Positions 17,286 through 25,742 of a DNA stretch of 64,000 nt are shown here, in pieces. Every line of letters begins with the position of its first letter. The first letter of the stretch is position 1. Position numbers and translations under genes: made by a program. This stretch comes from a bacterium (GTDB taxonomy: Bacteria > Patescibacteriota > CPR2 > UBA1875 > JAJYID01): the NCBI GenBank assembly GCA_021790235.1, contig JAJYID010000003.1, forward strand, positions 20,038 through 84,037, given 5' to 3'. Below the pieces are notes generated by a model. The model was not told where the DNA came from. It did no database searches and was given only the letters and a program-made list of their open reading frames with translations.

Positions 17286-18292
17286 ATCTCGAGTTCTTTG
17301 ATAGGATCTATACCAGATATGCTAGGTGAATCTTCTCCAAGTGAACTTTTTTCTTCTTTTTCGATGGCGGGGTTTTCTTCTAGAAAAGCTGAGGAGTCTT
17401 TTTTTATCATAGTGTGTTCTTCGGTTGGTGGTAATTGTTCTGTATTTGCCCTTTCCTGTGCAGAACCCTCTGGATCTGCAATCTTTGCAGAGGTAATTTC
17501 TTCATTATTAGCGGTATTATCATTGTTTGCTTTCTCGGCTGCTTCTTTAGCACTTTTTTCTACTGCTTCCTTGACAGTCACATTGGTTTCATCTTTTGTT
17601 TGCGCCTTCGGTATCTCAGAAGTTTTTATGCTTTTCTTTTTAACATCATCCTCAAGATATTTTTCTTTAACCTCTTCTAGTATTTCCTTGTTTTCTTCCG
17701 GCAAAACAAGTTTGTCTTCCTCGGGTTTTTTTTCTTTTTTTGCTTCCTTTTCTCCATCATCATCGTGATTATGAATTATAGAATCCAAAGCCGCCCACCG
17801 GCTGGATTTATTAGCAGGCACAATTATTGCAGCTTTATTCCCCGGTTCTCCTTTATAATACGTCACCGATGCAAAAAGTATTTTGTATATTTTCCCTTCT
17901 GCTAAGACTGAATAACTTCCATTCTCATATGAAAGACTTCCGATTAGGTTTCTCCGCTCCACCGGTTTAATCTGCTTGTATATCAGAGAGCCGTTTTCGG
18001 CAATCGTAAGCTTTAAAGTATCGCCTTCTACAAGTTTCGACTTTGAGGCGTAGTTGGCCGGAACAGGATATTTTTTGCCGTCTGGGGCTATCATTTGATC
18101 GCCATCGAAAATACCTTCGATAATCTTCCCCTCATCTAAAATAGACAGGTCCTTGGCCGATTCCTTGTGATTAGCCTTACCTGTCTTTTCATCACCTAAA
18201 ATATCTAAAAGTAGATTTCTGGCTGAGTGTAGATTTCCTTCTGCAACATCAAGTAATTTTTGTATTTGTTTTATTCTTTTGTCTTCTTTCAT
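17282..18292 (-). CDS. hypothetical protein with a beta-rich central domain and a long K/E-rich low-complexity C-terminus
   Basis: 336-aa ORF. No motif recognised. Its stop overlaps the convergent radical SAM stop by 4 nt. Confidence 0.6.
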   Translation of the reverse strand: MKEDKRIKQIQKLLDVAEGNLHSARNLLLDILGDEKTGKANHKESAKDLSILDEGKIIEGIFDGDQMIAPDGKKYPVPANYASKSKLVEGDTLKLTIAENGSLIYKQIKPVERRNLIGSLSYENGSYSVLAEGKIYKILFASVTYYKGEPGNKAAIIVPANKSSRWAALDSIIHNHDDDGEKEAKKEKKPEEDKLVLPEENKEILEEVKEKYLEDDVKKKSIKTSEIPKAQTKDETNVTVKEAVEKSAKEAAEKANNDNTANNEEITSAKIADPEGSAQERANTEQLPPTEEHTMIKKDSSAFLEENPAIEKEEKSSLGEDSPSISGIDPIKELEI

Positions 18293-18348
18293 TTTTATTT
18301 TTGTTTAATGATTATTTCTTAAATCATAAATGTTTTTCGGACAACTTG

Positions 18349-19506
18349 TCAACTAAATTTACTAATAAACTCTTTTTTAAACTTTTCAAATTTATTTTCC
18401 TTAATGGAATTTCTTATATCTTCCATAAACCTCATCATGAAGTGAAGATTATGGATTGTGGTAAGACGGATTCCTAAAACTTCACTCTCTTTGACTAAAT
18501 GTAAAATATAAGATCGGGTGAAATTTTGGCAGGCATAGCAGCCGCAATCTTTTTCTATTGGATTTAAATCTTTTGAATATTTTGCATTTAAAATACTAAG
18601 TTTGCCTTCATATGTCCAGAGCGTTCCATTTCTCGCCAGCCGTGTCGGCAAAACACAATCAAACATGTCTGCTCCCCTTTCTATCGCATTTAGGATATCT
18701 TGCGGAAAACCTATCCCCATTAAGTATCTGGGTTTATCTTTTGGGAGATACGGCATCACCGTTTCAATCATTTCATTTCTCACCTTTTCACTTTCACCGA
18801 CTGCAAGACCGCCGATGGCAATACCGTCAAAGTTGCGGTTGGTTATAAACTTTGCAGACTCAATCCTTAAATCTTTGTAGACCACCCCTTGGACAATTCC
18901 AAAAAGCGACTGCCCATAACCATAAAGCGGTTTAATTTTCTCATTATCGGCAATACATTCATCCGCCCATCTGTGAGTGCGTTCCATAGCCTTGCGCGCG
19001 TAATTATGGTCAGCGTCCGCCGGCGCACATTCGTCAAAAGCCATCATAATGTCAGCTCCGATTTCTTTTTGCATTTTAATGACTGACTCCGGCGAGAAAA
19101 AATGCTTCGAACCGTCAATATGCGAGCGGAATTCTACTCCGTCATCTTTTATTTTTACCAGTCGCTCGTTTTTTCTATTTTTTGAGCCGAAACCAAGAGA
19201 AAAAACTTGAAACCCCCCGGAATCAGTCAAAATCGGTCCGTTCCAACCCATAAATTTATGTAGCCCACCATGCTTTTTTATAATATCCGTGCCGGGCCTC
19301 AGATAAAGGTGGTAGGTATTTCCAAGAAGAATTTGTGCACCGAGATCCTTTACTTCGTCAGGAGAAGCCGTTTTTACGGAAGCCCTTGTTCCTACCGGCA
19401 TAAATACAGGTGTTTCGATCTCCCCATGAGCGGTTGTAATCTTGCCAATGCGAGCTTTTCCGTCCTCTTTTTCTAGCTCAAAACTAAACTTTTTCATAAA
19501 TGCCAT
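18349..19506 (-). CDS. tgt: queuine tRNA-ribosyltransferase (tRNA-guanine transglycosylase)
   Basis: FMPVGT, LGNTYHL, DSGGFQ, zinc site CGCYACQNF..H. Start chosen at ATG 19506 (the track ORF starts 24 nt upstream). Confidence 0.93.
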   Translation of the reverse strand: MAFMKKFSFELEKEDGKARIGKITTAHGEIETPVFMPVGTRASVKTASPDEVKDLGAQILLGNTYHLYLRPGTDIIKKHGGLHKFMGWNGPILTDSGGFQVFSLGFGSKNRKNERLVKIKDDGVEFRSHIDGSKHFFSPESVIKMQKEIGADIMMAFDECAPADADHNYARKAMERTHRWADECIADNEKIKPLYGYGQSLFGIVQGVVYKDLRIESAKFITNRNFDGIAIGGLAVGESEKVRNEMIETVMPYLPKDKPRYLMGIGFPQDILNAIERGADMFDCVLPTRLARNGTLWTYEGKLSILNAKYSKDLNPIEKDCGCYACQNFTRSYILHLVKESEVLGIRLTTIHNLHFMMRFMEDIRNSIKENKFEKFKKEFISKFS

Positions 19507-19575
19507 TTTAACTTGAATTAAGCAAAACAAAAAGAGAGCTTTTGAGACACCCTTTTTGTAAATTCTGAAGTGAAT

Positions 19576-20130
19576 TTATTTCAATTCAACTGTTGCACCG
19601 GCTGCTTCAAGCTTTTCCTTTGCAGCGTTTGCGTCTTCGGGCTTAAGGTTTTCGGCAACTGTCTTTGGAGCGTTGTCTACCAAGTCTTTTGCTTCTTTCA
19701 GTCCAAGTTCTTGATTAATCTCTCTTACAGCTTTGATGGCGCCGATCTTGTTTGATCCTGCAGCGGTCAAAACTACAGTATAAGCTGATTTCTCCTCTGC
19801 TTCTTCAGCGGGTGCAGCGCCAGCGGCAGGAATACCTGCGACTGCTACGGGAGCTGCTGCAGACACGCCGAATTTTTCCTCAAGAACCTTTACGAGTTCT
19901 GCCATTTCAAGCACACTCATCTCTTCGATGGTTTTGACGAGATCCTTAAACTTCTTGGGAACTTCAACTTCTTTCTTTTCTTCCTTTTTGGGTTTCTCAG
20001 TCGGCTTTTCTTCATCTTTTGGCTCCTCCTTTGGAGTCTCTTCTGCTGTTTTTTCTGTTGCAGCAGTTTCTTCCTTCACTTCTTCCTCAGAAGTGGTTGT
20101 ATCGTCTTTCTTTGCTTCTTCGTCTGCCAT
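19576..20130 (-). CDS. rplL: 50S ribosomal protein L7/L12 with an N-terminal charged extension of about 58 aa
   Basis: C-terminal 125 aa is canonical L12 (..[22 protein letters not shown].., hinge, ..[26 protein letters not shown]). Strong SD AAGGAAGGAG lies 7 nt before the ATG at 20130. Confidence 0.93.
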   Translation of the reverse strand: MADEEAKKDDTTTSEEEVKEETAATEKTAEETPKEEPKDEEKPTEKPKKEEKKEVEVPKKFKDLVKTIEEMSVLEMAELVKVLEEKFGVSAAAPVAVAGIPAAGAAPAEEAEEKSAYTVVLTAAGSNKIGAIKAVREINQELGLKEAKDLVDNAPKTVAENLKPEDANAAKEKLEAAGATVELK

Positions 20131-20165
20131 TTTACTTCTCCTTCCTTAATTATTTTAATTGTTAA

Positions 20166-20693
20166 TTATATTTCTTTTTGCTCTTTAATAGCATTTAAAA
20201 CATATATGACATTTCTAAGGTTTGCGTGCATTACGCCGACAAAGTTCGAAACAGGAGCATTCATGGATCCTATTATCTTTGCGATTAGTTCTTCTCTGGA
20301 TGGCATCTGTGCTAAGTTTTTCACGCTTGTAACATCTATGTTTTTTCCTTCCAAGATACCGCCAATAATCTCAAGTGATTCGTGGTCTTTTGCAAAGTTG
20401 AAAACCACTTTTGCCGGCGCAACCTCATCCTTATATCCAAAAGCTACCGCGACAGGATGGCCTGCCAAGTCATCGGGATTTACATCAAGCTTCGCCTGTT
20501 TAACAGCCAATCCAAACAATGTGTTTTTAATGACCTTAAACTCTATCCCCTGGTCTCGAAGCTTATTTCGGACCTCATTGATTTCCTCAACCGTCAGACC
20601 TTTGTAATCAGTGAAAACTGCTGCCTTCGACTCTCTCAATCTTTCGGTAAACTCTTCTACTAAATCTTCTTTTTTCTTTCTTGTTATTGCCAT
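20166..20693 (-). CDS. rplJ: 50S ribosomal protein L10
   Basis: MAITRKKKEDLVEEFTERL..AAVFTDYKGLTVEE is an L10 N-terminus. GAAGGA lies 7 nt upstream of the ATG at 20693. The track ORF's extra 47 codons cover the leader. Confidence 0.93.
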   Translation of the reverse strand: MAITRKKKEDLVEEFTERLRESKAAVFTDYKGLTVEEINEVRNKLRDQGIEFKVIKNTLFGLAVKQAKLDVNPDDLAGHPVAVAFGYKDEVAPAKVVFNFAKDHESLEIIGGILEGKNIDVTSVKNLAQMPSREELIAKIIGSMNAPVSNFVGVMHANLRNVIYVLNAIKEQKEI

Positions 20694-20908
20694 TTTTGTT
20701 TCCTTCTTTCCTATTGTCATCCCAGACTTGATCTGGAATCTATATTTTATTCTTATGGATCCTGAATTTCTCCAAAGACAAGCAAGCAAGTTCAGGATGA
20801 CAACGGAGTTGTCAATTAAAAAATCTTTGGACAAACCAAAGACGAATAAAAAATATCTGAATCTTTACCTTGGTAGCAAATTAAGCTTTCGCAGCTACTG
20901 TCTTTGGC
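20694..20908 (-). promoter_or_regulatory. structured 5' leader of rplJ-rplL (possible L10-leader-type autoregulatory RNA)
   Basis: About 215 nt lie between the predicted -10 and the start codon. UUGUCAUCC (rc of 20795-20803) pairs with GGAUGACAA (rc of 20714-20722), enclosing two internal hairpins (CCUGAA/UUCAGG, CCAGA/UCUGG). The helix ends 20 nt before the AUG. Confidence 0.35.
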
Positions 20909-20914
20909 TGCTCT

Positions 20915-20943
20915 TATTCTAACAAATAATAAATAAATGGTCA
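20915..20943 (-). promoter_or_regulatory. sigma70-like promoter for rplJ-rplL (TTGACC-17nt-TAGAAT)
   Basis: Hexamers read directly on the minus strand: -35 at 20943-20938, -10 at 20920-20915. Confidence 0.5.
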
Positions 20944-20957
20944 ACATTTTTTCAAAA

Positions 20958-20986
20958 TTTGACTAGCATATAAGTTTTATATATAG
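20958..20986 (+). promoter_or_regulatory. sigma70-like promoter for the tmk-like/thyX-like pair (TTGACT-17nt-TATAGT)
   Basis: Hexamers read directly. It is divergent from the rplJ promoter. Confidence 0.5.
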
Positions 20987-21077
20987 TTAAAGGTGGATAT
21001 GGCGGAGGGTAATCTGACTAGCCGCTTTTTTATTTGCCGGCTGGTTGCAACTTTTCAATCGAATAGGAGGAATTTCC

Positions 21078-21728
21078 GTGGGAAAGAAAAAAGGGAAAGT
21101 CTTTGTACTTGACGGTCCGGATGGCTGCAGTAAGACAACTCAGATTATCGAACTCACTAACAATATTCGAGAAAATGAGGAAAATGCTAAAGTTGTGTTA
21201 ACCAGAGAACCGTATGACTTTCCCGATAACACGATCGGTATGTCTATCCGCAACATTTTGGAGCATCGTGAAGTTCATCCACCCAATGCTGAAGCTTTCC
21301 AGTATCTGTTTTATCTCGACAGAGTAGAACACTGGAAAACAGTGCTCGGCCCAAGGAGAGAGGAAGGTTGTTATTGTCTTTCAGACCGTGAACGGATGGT
21401 AACCTATGCTCACGGTGTGGCAGGAGGAGTCCCTCTTGACATGATGATGAAGTGGCACGATGGTCTCCCTATTGCTGATCTCTACATATACATGAAGGTA
21501 ACAGCAGAGAAGGCTCTCGAACGGATCAATAAGAAAAATACGGAAATGGGGAAAGATCCCGATTACTTCGAAACGAAGGATCGCGTCCAGAAAAATGTTG
21601 AAGCGTTTGACTGGATCGCTAGAACGGGTATTATACCCAATCTCGTAACAGTCGACGCCAACCGCACTATTGAAGAGATCCGGCAGTCTATCTGGAACAT
21701 TGTTTTCCCCATCATTGACAAACTATGA
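21078..21728 (+). CDS. tmk: thymidylate kinase-like (dNMP kinase) P-loop protein
   Basis: FVLDGPDGCSKTTQ P-loop, YLDRVEH and LSDRERMVTYAHG (DR/DRY-like), and a LID-like ERINKKN..DYFE. AGGAGG (21065-21070) lies 7 nt before the GTG at 21078. The track ORF starts at an upstream TTG. Confidence 0.75.
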   Translation: MGKKKGKVFVLDGPDGCSKTTQIIELTNNIRENEENAKVVLTREPYDFPDNTIGMSIRNILEHREVHPPNAEAFQYLFYLDRVEHWKTVLGPRREEGCYCLSDRERMVTYAHGVAGGVPLDMMMKWHDGLPIADLYIYMKVTAEKALERINKKNTEMGKDPDYFETKDRVQKNVEAFDWIARTGIIPNLVTVDANRTIEEIRQSIWNIVFPIIDKL

Positions 21729-21743
21729 AGGAGTAGGAGTGTA

Positions 21744-23159
21744 ATGATAAATCAGGAAAAAATGCCACAAGTACAACTCATTGCAAAAACCGACATGTCC
21801 CTGGAAAATTTGGTATCCTACGATGCGCTCACCTGCACCAGACAAGAACTGCCGATTCTCGGGGAAACCATCCCGATCGGTAGTGTTTACGAAAGCGGAC
21901 ATCACTCAACCCTGGAGTGCAACTACTACACCTTCGCCATTGAATATATACCGATTGGCGTCGGCATAGACTTTGGTCTGCATGTTGCATCTCCTCATTA
22001 CAACACTGGCCAGCGATCTGGCCGGTATGTGCAGGATATGTTCGCTAATCCGCCTCGGAAACTCCTAGCCGAACAGCTGAAAATGTTTTATCACGGAGAG
22101 ATCGGGGAGTCAGTATCTAGCGATATCCTGGATTACCTGGAGTTCTGCATCGGCGTCTTCAAGAAACGCAGTCCGGAAGCAGAGAAGATCTGCGCCAGGT
22201 TCCTAAAGGAAGATCGGCCGAAGGCAAGTTCCGAGTATATTGAAGGTAATGCGCCCAAGATGGCTCAGGAACAACTTCGCGGCGTCATTCCGGTTATTTT
22301 CCCAACGGCGCTGACTTTCACGGTCAACTTCATTACCGCCGCTTCATTATACGCAGCAGCATGGAACCCCTACATGCGCTATGTGACTTCCATAATGATG
22401 AAGCAGATTTTCGCAGTCGAGGATTCCAAGGAAACACGAAAGATCAAGAAGAGCCTAATGAGCTGGAAGCGCGAGAACTGGGCGCCAGGAGAACCAAAAT
22501 ATCCTATAGCTATCATTGATACACCAATAGCGCGGTTATTGAGTGTCAACTTCCCTCCTGGTATAGAATTCATCACACCACACAAAAGAGATATCGATGT
22601 TCTTGATCTTCTACCGGTTCATCCAAGGTACATGAATAATGGGACGATCAACATGCAAGTGGAAATGGGAGTCTCTTTGGCAACCTATGGCCAGGACCAG
22701 CGACATCGTTCAATCCGCCGTTCGGAACCACAGTTTACCAACGGTTTCTATGCGCCTCCACTCATCCAGGAAATCGGTATGGAGGATGACATCCACGAGG
22801 TCATGAGCCGCTGGAACAGCTTCATAGGAAAAGTCCCGGATACTCTTTTTGCCGGAATAGCTCCGTATAATGCCATGGTCGGCTATATCAAGTCGGCCGA
22901 TGTCAATTCCTTTATCCATGATGCCGTTCGCAGATACTGCAATACGGCTCAAGAAGAGAACAACACCGGCTTCGTTCTCCTGCGCAGTGCAGTGAAGGAA
23001 GCGGCCGAGAAAGACCCACGCCTGAATCCATTAGTGAAGTTACTCGCACCTCCCTGCTGGGAGGGAGGGGTATGTCATGAGAAAATTCGGCAATGTGGCC
23101 GCGACAGAAGCAAGAAAGCGCGAAGCTCCGAAGAATACTTCGCGAGAAGAAGAGTCTAA
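21744..23159 (+). CDS. thyX: tandem-duplicated (fused) flavin-dependent thymidylate synthase ThyX-like protein, 471 aa
   Basis: Repeat 1: SGHHSTLE..YTFAIEYIPIGV..FGLHVASPHYNTGQRSGRYV. Repeat 2: MQVEMGVSLATYGQDQRHRSIRRSEPQF and RRYCNTAQEE. Both resemble the ThyX core, with RHR..S..SxRY split between the halves. Confidence 0.7.
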   Translation: MINQEKMPQVQLIAKTDMSLENLVSYDALTCTRQELPILGETIPIGSVYESGHHSTLECNYYTFAIEYIPIGVGIDFGLHVASPHYNTGQRSGRYVQDMFANPPRKLLAEQLKMFYHGEIGESVSSDILDYLEFCIGVFKKRSPEAEKICARFLKEDRPKASSEYIEGNAPKMAQEQLRGVIPVIFPTALTFTVNFITAASLYAAAWNPYMRYVTSIMMKQIFAVEDSKETRKIKKSLMSWKRENWAPGEPKYPIAIIDTPIARLLSVNFPPGIEFITPHKRDIDVLDLLPVHPRYMNNGTINMQVEMGVSLATYGQDQRHRSIRRSEPQFTNGFYAPPLIQEIGMEDDIHEVMSRWNSFIGKVPDTLFAGIAPYNAMVGYIKSADVNSFIHDAVRRYCNTAQEENNTGFVLLRSAVKEAAEKDPRLNPLVKLLAPPCWEGGVCHEKIRQCGRDRSKKARSSEEYFARRRV

Positions 23160-23188
23160 CACTCTATATCCAATACAGACTTTTCTCA

Positions 23189-23222
23189 AATGGGCACCCA
23201 CGTGGTGCCCATTCCCTTTTTA
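23189..23222 (+). terminator. rho-independent terminator of the tmk/thyX unit
   Basis: AATGGGCACC-5nt-GGTGCCCATT (10 bp) followed by CCCTTTTTATT. Confidence 0.7.
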
Positions 23223-23233
23223 TTGGTGTTTTA

Positions 23234-25177
23234 CTATTTTCTTCCCCCAAAATACCACTGATAGACTTCTTTTGCTATCGGTTCGGCGGTAACGTCCCCG
23301 CCTCCAGAACCTTCTACCAAGATAGTCAGTTCAAATGTCGGATTATCAAACGGCGCAAAAGATGTAAACCAACCATGCTCTTTAGAATTGTTTGGGCCAA
23401 ACTGTGCAGTTCCTGTTTTACCTGCAACTGCCACCGGCTCATCTTTCAACTGTTGTCCACTTCCGTCTGTAATTGTCTGTCTCATACCGCGCCTAACAAT
23501 ATCAATATTTTTGGATGAGATAAAATTTTGATTTAAAATCTTTGGTTGCTTGGTATCAATAACTTTATCATTTTCATCGACTACTTTATTAACAAAATGA
23601 GGCTCATAAAGTGTACCGCCGTTTGCGATCGCACAAGTAGCATTTGAAATCTGGAGCGGTGTTACAAGCAAATCTCCCTGGCCTATGCCCATATGATATG
23701 TATCACCAAGGTACCAAGGCTGATTTTCTACCTTTTCTTTCCACTCAGGAGTAGGAATGTTACCTTTACCTTCCCCACTGATATCAACACCTGTCGGTTT
23801 ATCAAAGCCAAAAAGGTCCAGATAATGTTTAATGAGTTCCGGACCCAAGCCCTTAATATCACCATATCCGCCAGCTACAGCATAGAAGAAGGTATTCACA
23901 GAATCAGCTATAGCCTTAGTAACATTTGTGATACCATGTCCGCCGGCCTTCCAGTCTGGGAAAAACCAACTGCCAACGTGAATCCCGCCGGTCGAATTAA
24001 CAGTCGAATTTTCTGTAATTGTCCCCTGCTGTAAAGCTCCGGATGCTATAAAAGGTTTAATTACAGAGCCGGAGGGATATTCGCCCGCTATAGCTCTAGG
24101 AAGTAAGGGGTCGTTTGGATCATTTATAAGCTTAGAATAGTCTGCGGCAGATATCCCTTTTGAAAAAAGATTATTATCATATGTTGGGATATCAACCATT
24201 GCTAAAATCTCACCGTTTTGTGGATTCATAGCTATAGCAGTCGCTTTAGTGGCGTGAACTTTATCCATTTCCTTTTTCATAGAATCAGCTAGCTTTTGTT
24301 CCAGTCCAAAATCTATAGACAAAACCAGGCTATCACCAAGTTGAGGTTCTTGTTCACCTAAATATTTTACAACATTCCCCTGCGAATCAACTTCATACCT
24401 CTGACTGCCGTCTTTGCCTCTTAAAACATTTTCATATGATGACTCCAAACCCGTTTTGCCTATATAATCGGTTAGTCTATAACCCTCATCACTTTTACTT
24501 TTTAGTTCATCCTCGCTAATCCTTCCGACGTATCCGAGAACATGTGAAAGCAACCCACCATCAAGATAGTCTCTAATTGGGTTTACCGGTACATCTATCC
24601 CCTTTAAGCCTTTAGACAAAATCACAAAAGCATCATTTCGAGAAACATTTTCTTTCAAAAGAATTGGTTCGGTATAGCTTAAGCCCTTTTCGTCTACTTT
24701 GTCCTCAATTGTTTGGCCTGAGATACCTAGAGTTTTCGCAGCGTTTTGAATAACCTTATCTCTGGATTTTTTATCTTTCGGCAGTTCGCTTGGTAGTATG
24801 GTCGCCTCATAATTTGGCGTATTTTTTACTAATTTCACATGATTTATATCATAAATAATGCCTCTAGGCGCACGAATGATACTCCCCCTGTCTCTGTTTT
24901 CGTCAGCCATCGTCCTCTGTTTTCCTCCCTGGATTATCTGTAATGTTGCCGCCCTTGTAAGCATTACGCCAAAAAGCAGGAAAAATATAGCGCCCATGAT
25001 GAAAAAAGGTTTAAGACGTCTTTCACTTTCTATTTTTGGGGCCTCTTGGTCTGCAGATAAGATATGAAATATCCATTTTTCACTATCTTTGGTTTTTGAA
25101 TCCTTTAAACGCCATTTTTTATTACCACCCTCAAGACCTACCAGTTTCTTAAAAATATCTTTTCTTTGTTTTGCCAT
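23234..25177 (-). CDS. mrdA: penicillin-binding protein 2 (elongation-specific transpeptidase)
   Basis: N-terminal anchor, dimerisation domain, SxxK (SVIK) and KTGTA. Positioned after mreBCD. Confidence 0.9.
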   Translation of the reverse strand: MAKQRKDIFKKLVGLEGGNKKWRLKDSKTKDSEKWIFHILSADQEAPKIESERRLKPFFIMGAIFFLLFGVMLTRAATLQIIQGGKQRTMADENRDRGSIIRAPRGIIYDINHVKLVKNTPNYEATILPSELPKDKKSRDKVIQNAAKTLGISGQTIEDKVDEKGLSYTEPILLKENVSRNDAFVILSKGLKGIDVPVNPIRDYLDGGLLSHVLGYVGRISEDELKSKSDEGYRLTDYIGKTGLESSYENVLRGKDGSQRYEVDSQGNVVKYLGEQEPQLGDSLVLSIDFGLEQKLADSMKKEMDKVHATKATAIAMNPQNGEILAMVDIPTYDNNLFSKGISAADYSKLINDPNDPLLPRAIAGEYPSGSVIKPFIASGALQQGTITENSTVNSTGGIHVGSWFFPDWKAGGHGITNVTKAIADSVNTFFYAVAGGYGDIKGLGPELIKHYLDLFGFDKPTGVDISGEGKGNIPTPEWKEKVENQPWYLGDTYHMGIGQGDLLVTPLQISNATCAIANGGTLYEPHFVNKVVDENDKVIDTKQPKILNQNFISSKNIDIVRRGMRQTITDGSGQQLKDEPVAVAGKTGTAQFGPNNSKEHGWFTSFAPFDNPTFELTILVEGSGGGDVTAEPIAKEVYQWYFGGRK

Positions 25178-25178
25178 A

Positions 25179-25673
25179 TTAAGCCTTACTAAGTCTCCCT
25201 TGCCATAAGAAAAATCGTTTCAAAAAAGGGATTAATAATAAAAAGAAAGCAACTGTAATTACTATTTGGCCTAGCGTAAATAGCAAACCAGTTAGAGTAA
25301 AACTATTTCCTAAATACGAAACATAGAACCAAAGCGTTATATAAAACACTGAGGTTGATACAAATGCAAAGATAAATGAAAAAAGTTTTGAAATCTTAGT
25401 TAAGTCTTCTTTTAAAATTAAACTTGCGGCCAAAACAATAAGCATAAATACAATAAGATGAAAACCAAAAGGACCGGCTGATAAAATATCTAAAACCAAT
25501 CCAGCAAAAAAAGCAAAAATGTAAGCTTCATATATTCTTTTAAAGAAAGTAAAAGAAATGATCAAAATTAGCATCAGGTTTGGTACTAACCCAAAAAGAT
25601 GAAAACGCGAAAGGAAAGATGTCTGAAGAACCAAAGTCACAATCAAAATTAAAATGTTTAAAAGTATTGTCAT
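25179..25673 (-). CDS. mreD: rod shape-determining protein MreD
   Basis: Small 5-TM protein immediately after mreC, 1 nt before mrdA. Confidence 0.8.
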   Translation of the reverse strand: MTILLNILILIVTLVLQTSFLSRFHLFGLVPNLMLILIISFTFFKRIYEAYIFAFFAGLVLDILSAGPFGFHLIVFMLIVLAASLILKEDLTKISKLFSFIFAFVSTSVFYITLWFYVSYLGNSFTLTGLLFTLGQIVITVAFFLLLIPFLKRFFLWQGRLSKA

Positions 25674-25742
25674 AAGTTAATTATTAAGTTTAATTTGAAA
25701 AAATTAAGTTCATTTGTTCTTGTTGCTTTGTCTATACACCTC

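Noticed and set aside
17298-17768. Antisense and shadow ORFs (e.g. 17298..17768, 19928..20149, 33854..34375, 5658..6071, 13897..14280, 49221..49694)
   Set aside because: Each lies opposite a well-supported conserved gene, has Ser/Phe/Leu-rich low-complexity composition typical of antisense K/E-rich coding, and lacks an RBS.
18339-18351. Palindrome GGACAACTTGTC(A/C) shared by 18339-18351 and 46319-46331 (13-nt identical core CGGACAACTTGTC), both in promoter-like positions
   Set aside because: Tempting as a transcription-factor operator. However, rough expectation for a repeated 13-mer (tens per 64 kb when comparing all positions) and for 6-bp-arm palindromes (about 16 per window) means two copies are not significant. 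A genome-wide motif count is needed first.
20694-20834. 47-codon 5' extension of the rplJ ORF
   Set aside because: The L10 homology starts at MAITRKKKEDL with its own SD. The extension covers the structured leader.
21045-23159. Idea that tmk/thyX, dut-dcd, the 40-46 kb block and other orphans are GC-rich horizontally acquired islands
   Set aside because: Hand counts of single 60-nt lines gave 48-60% G+C there. Lines from core genes ranged from 28% to 52% (for example rplJ 50%, ileS 52%, dnaB 37%, GT-C 28-38%). The sampling is too noisy. A proper sliding-window GC and codon-usage calculation is required.
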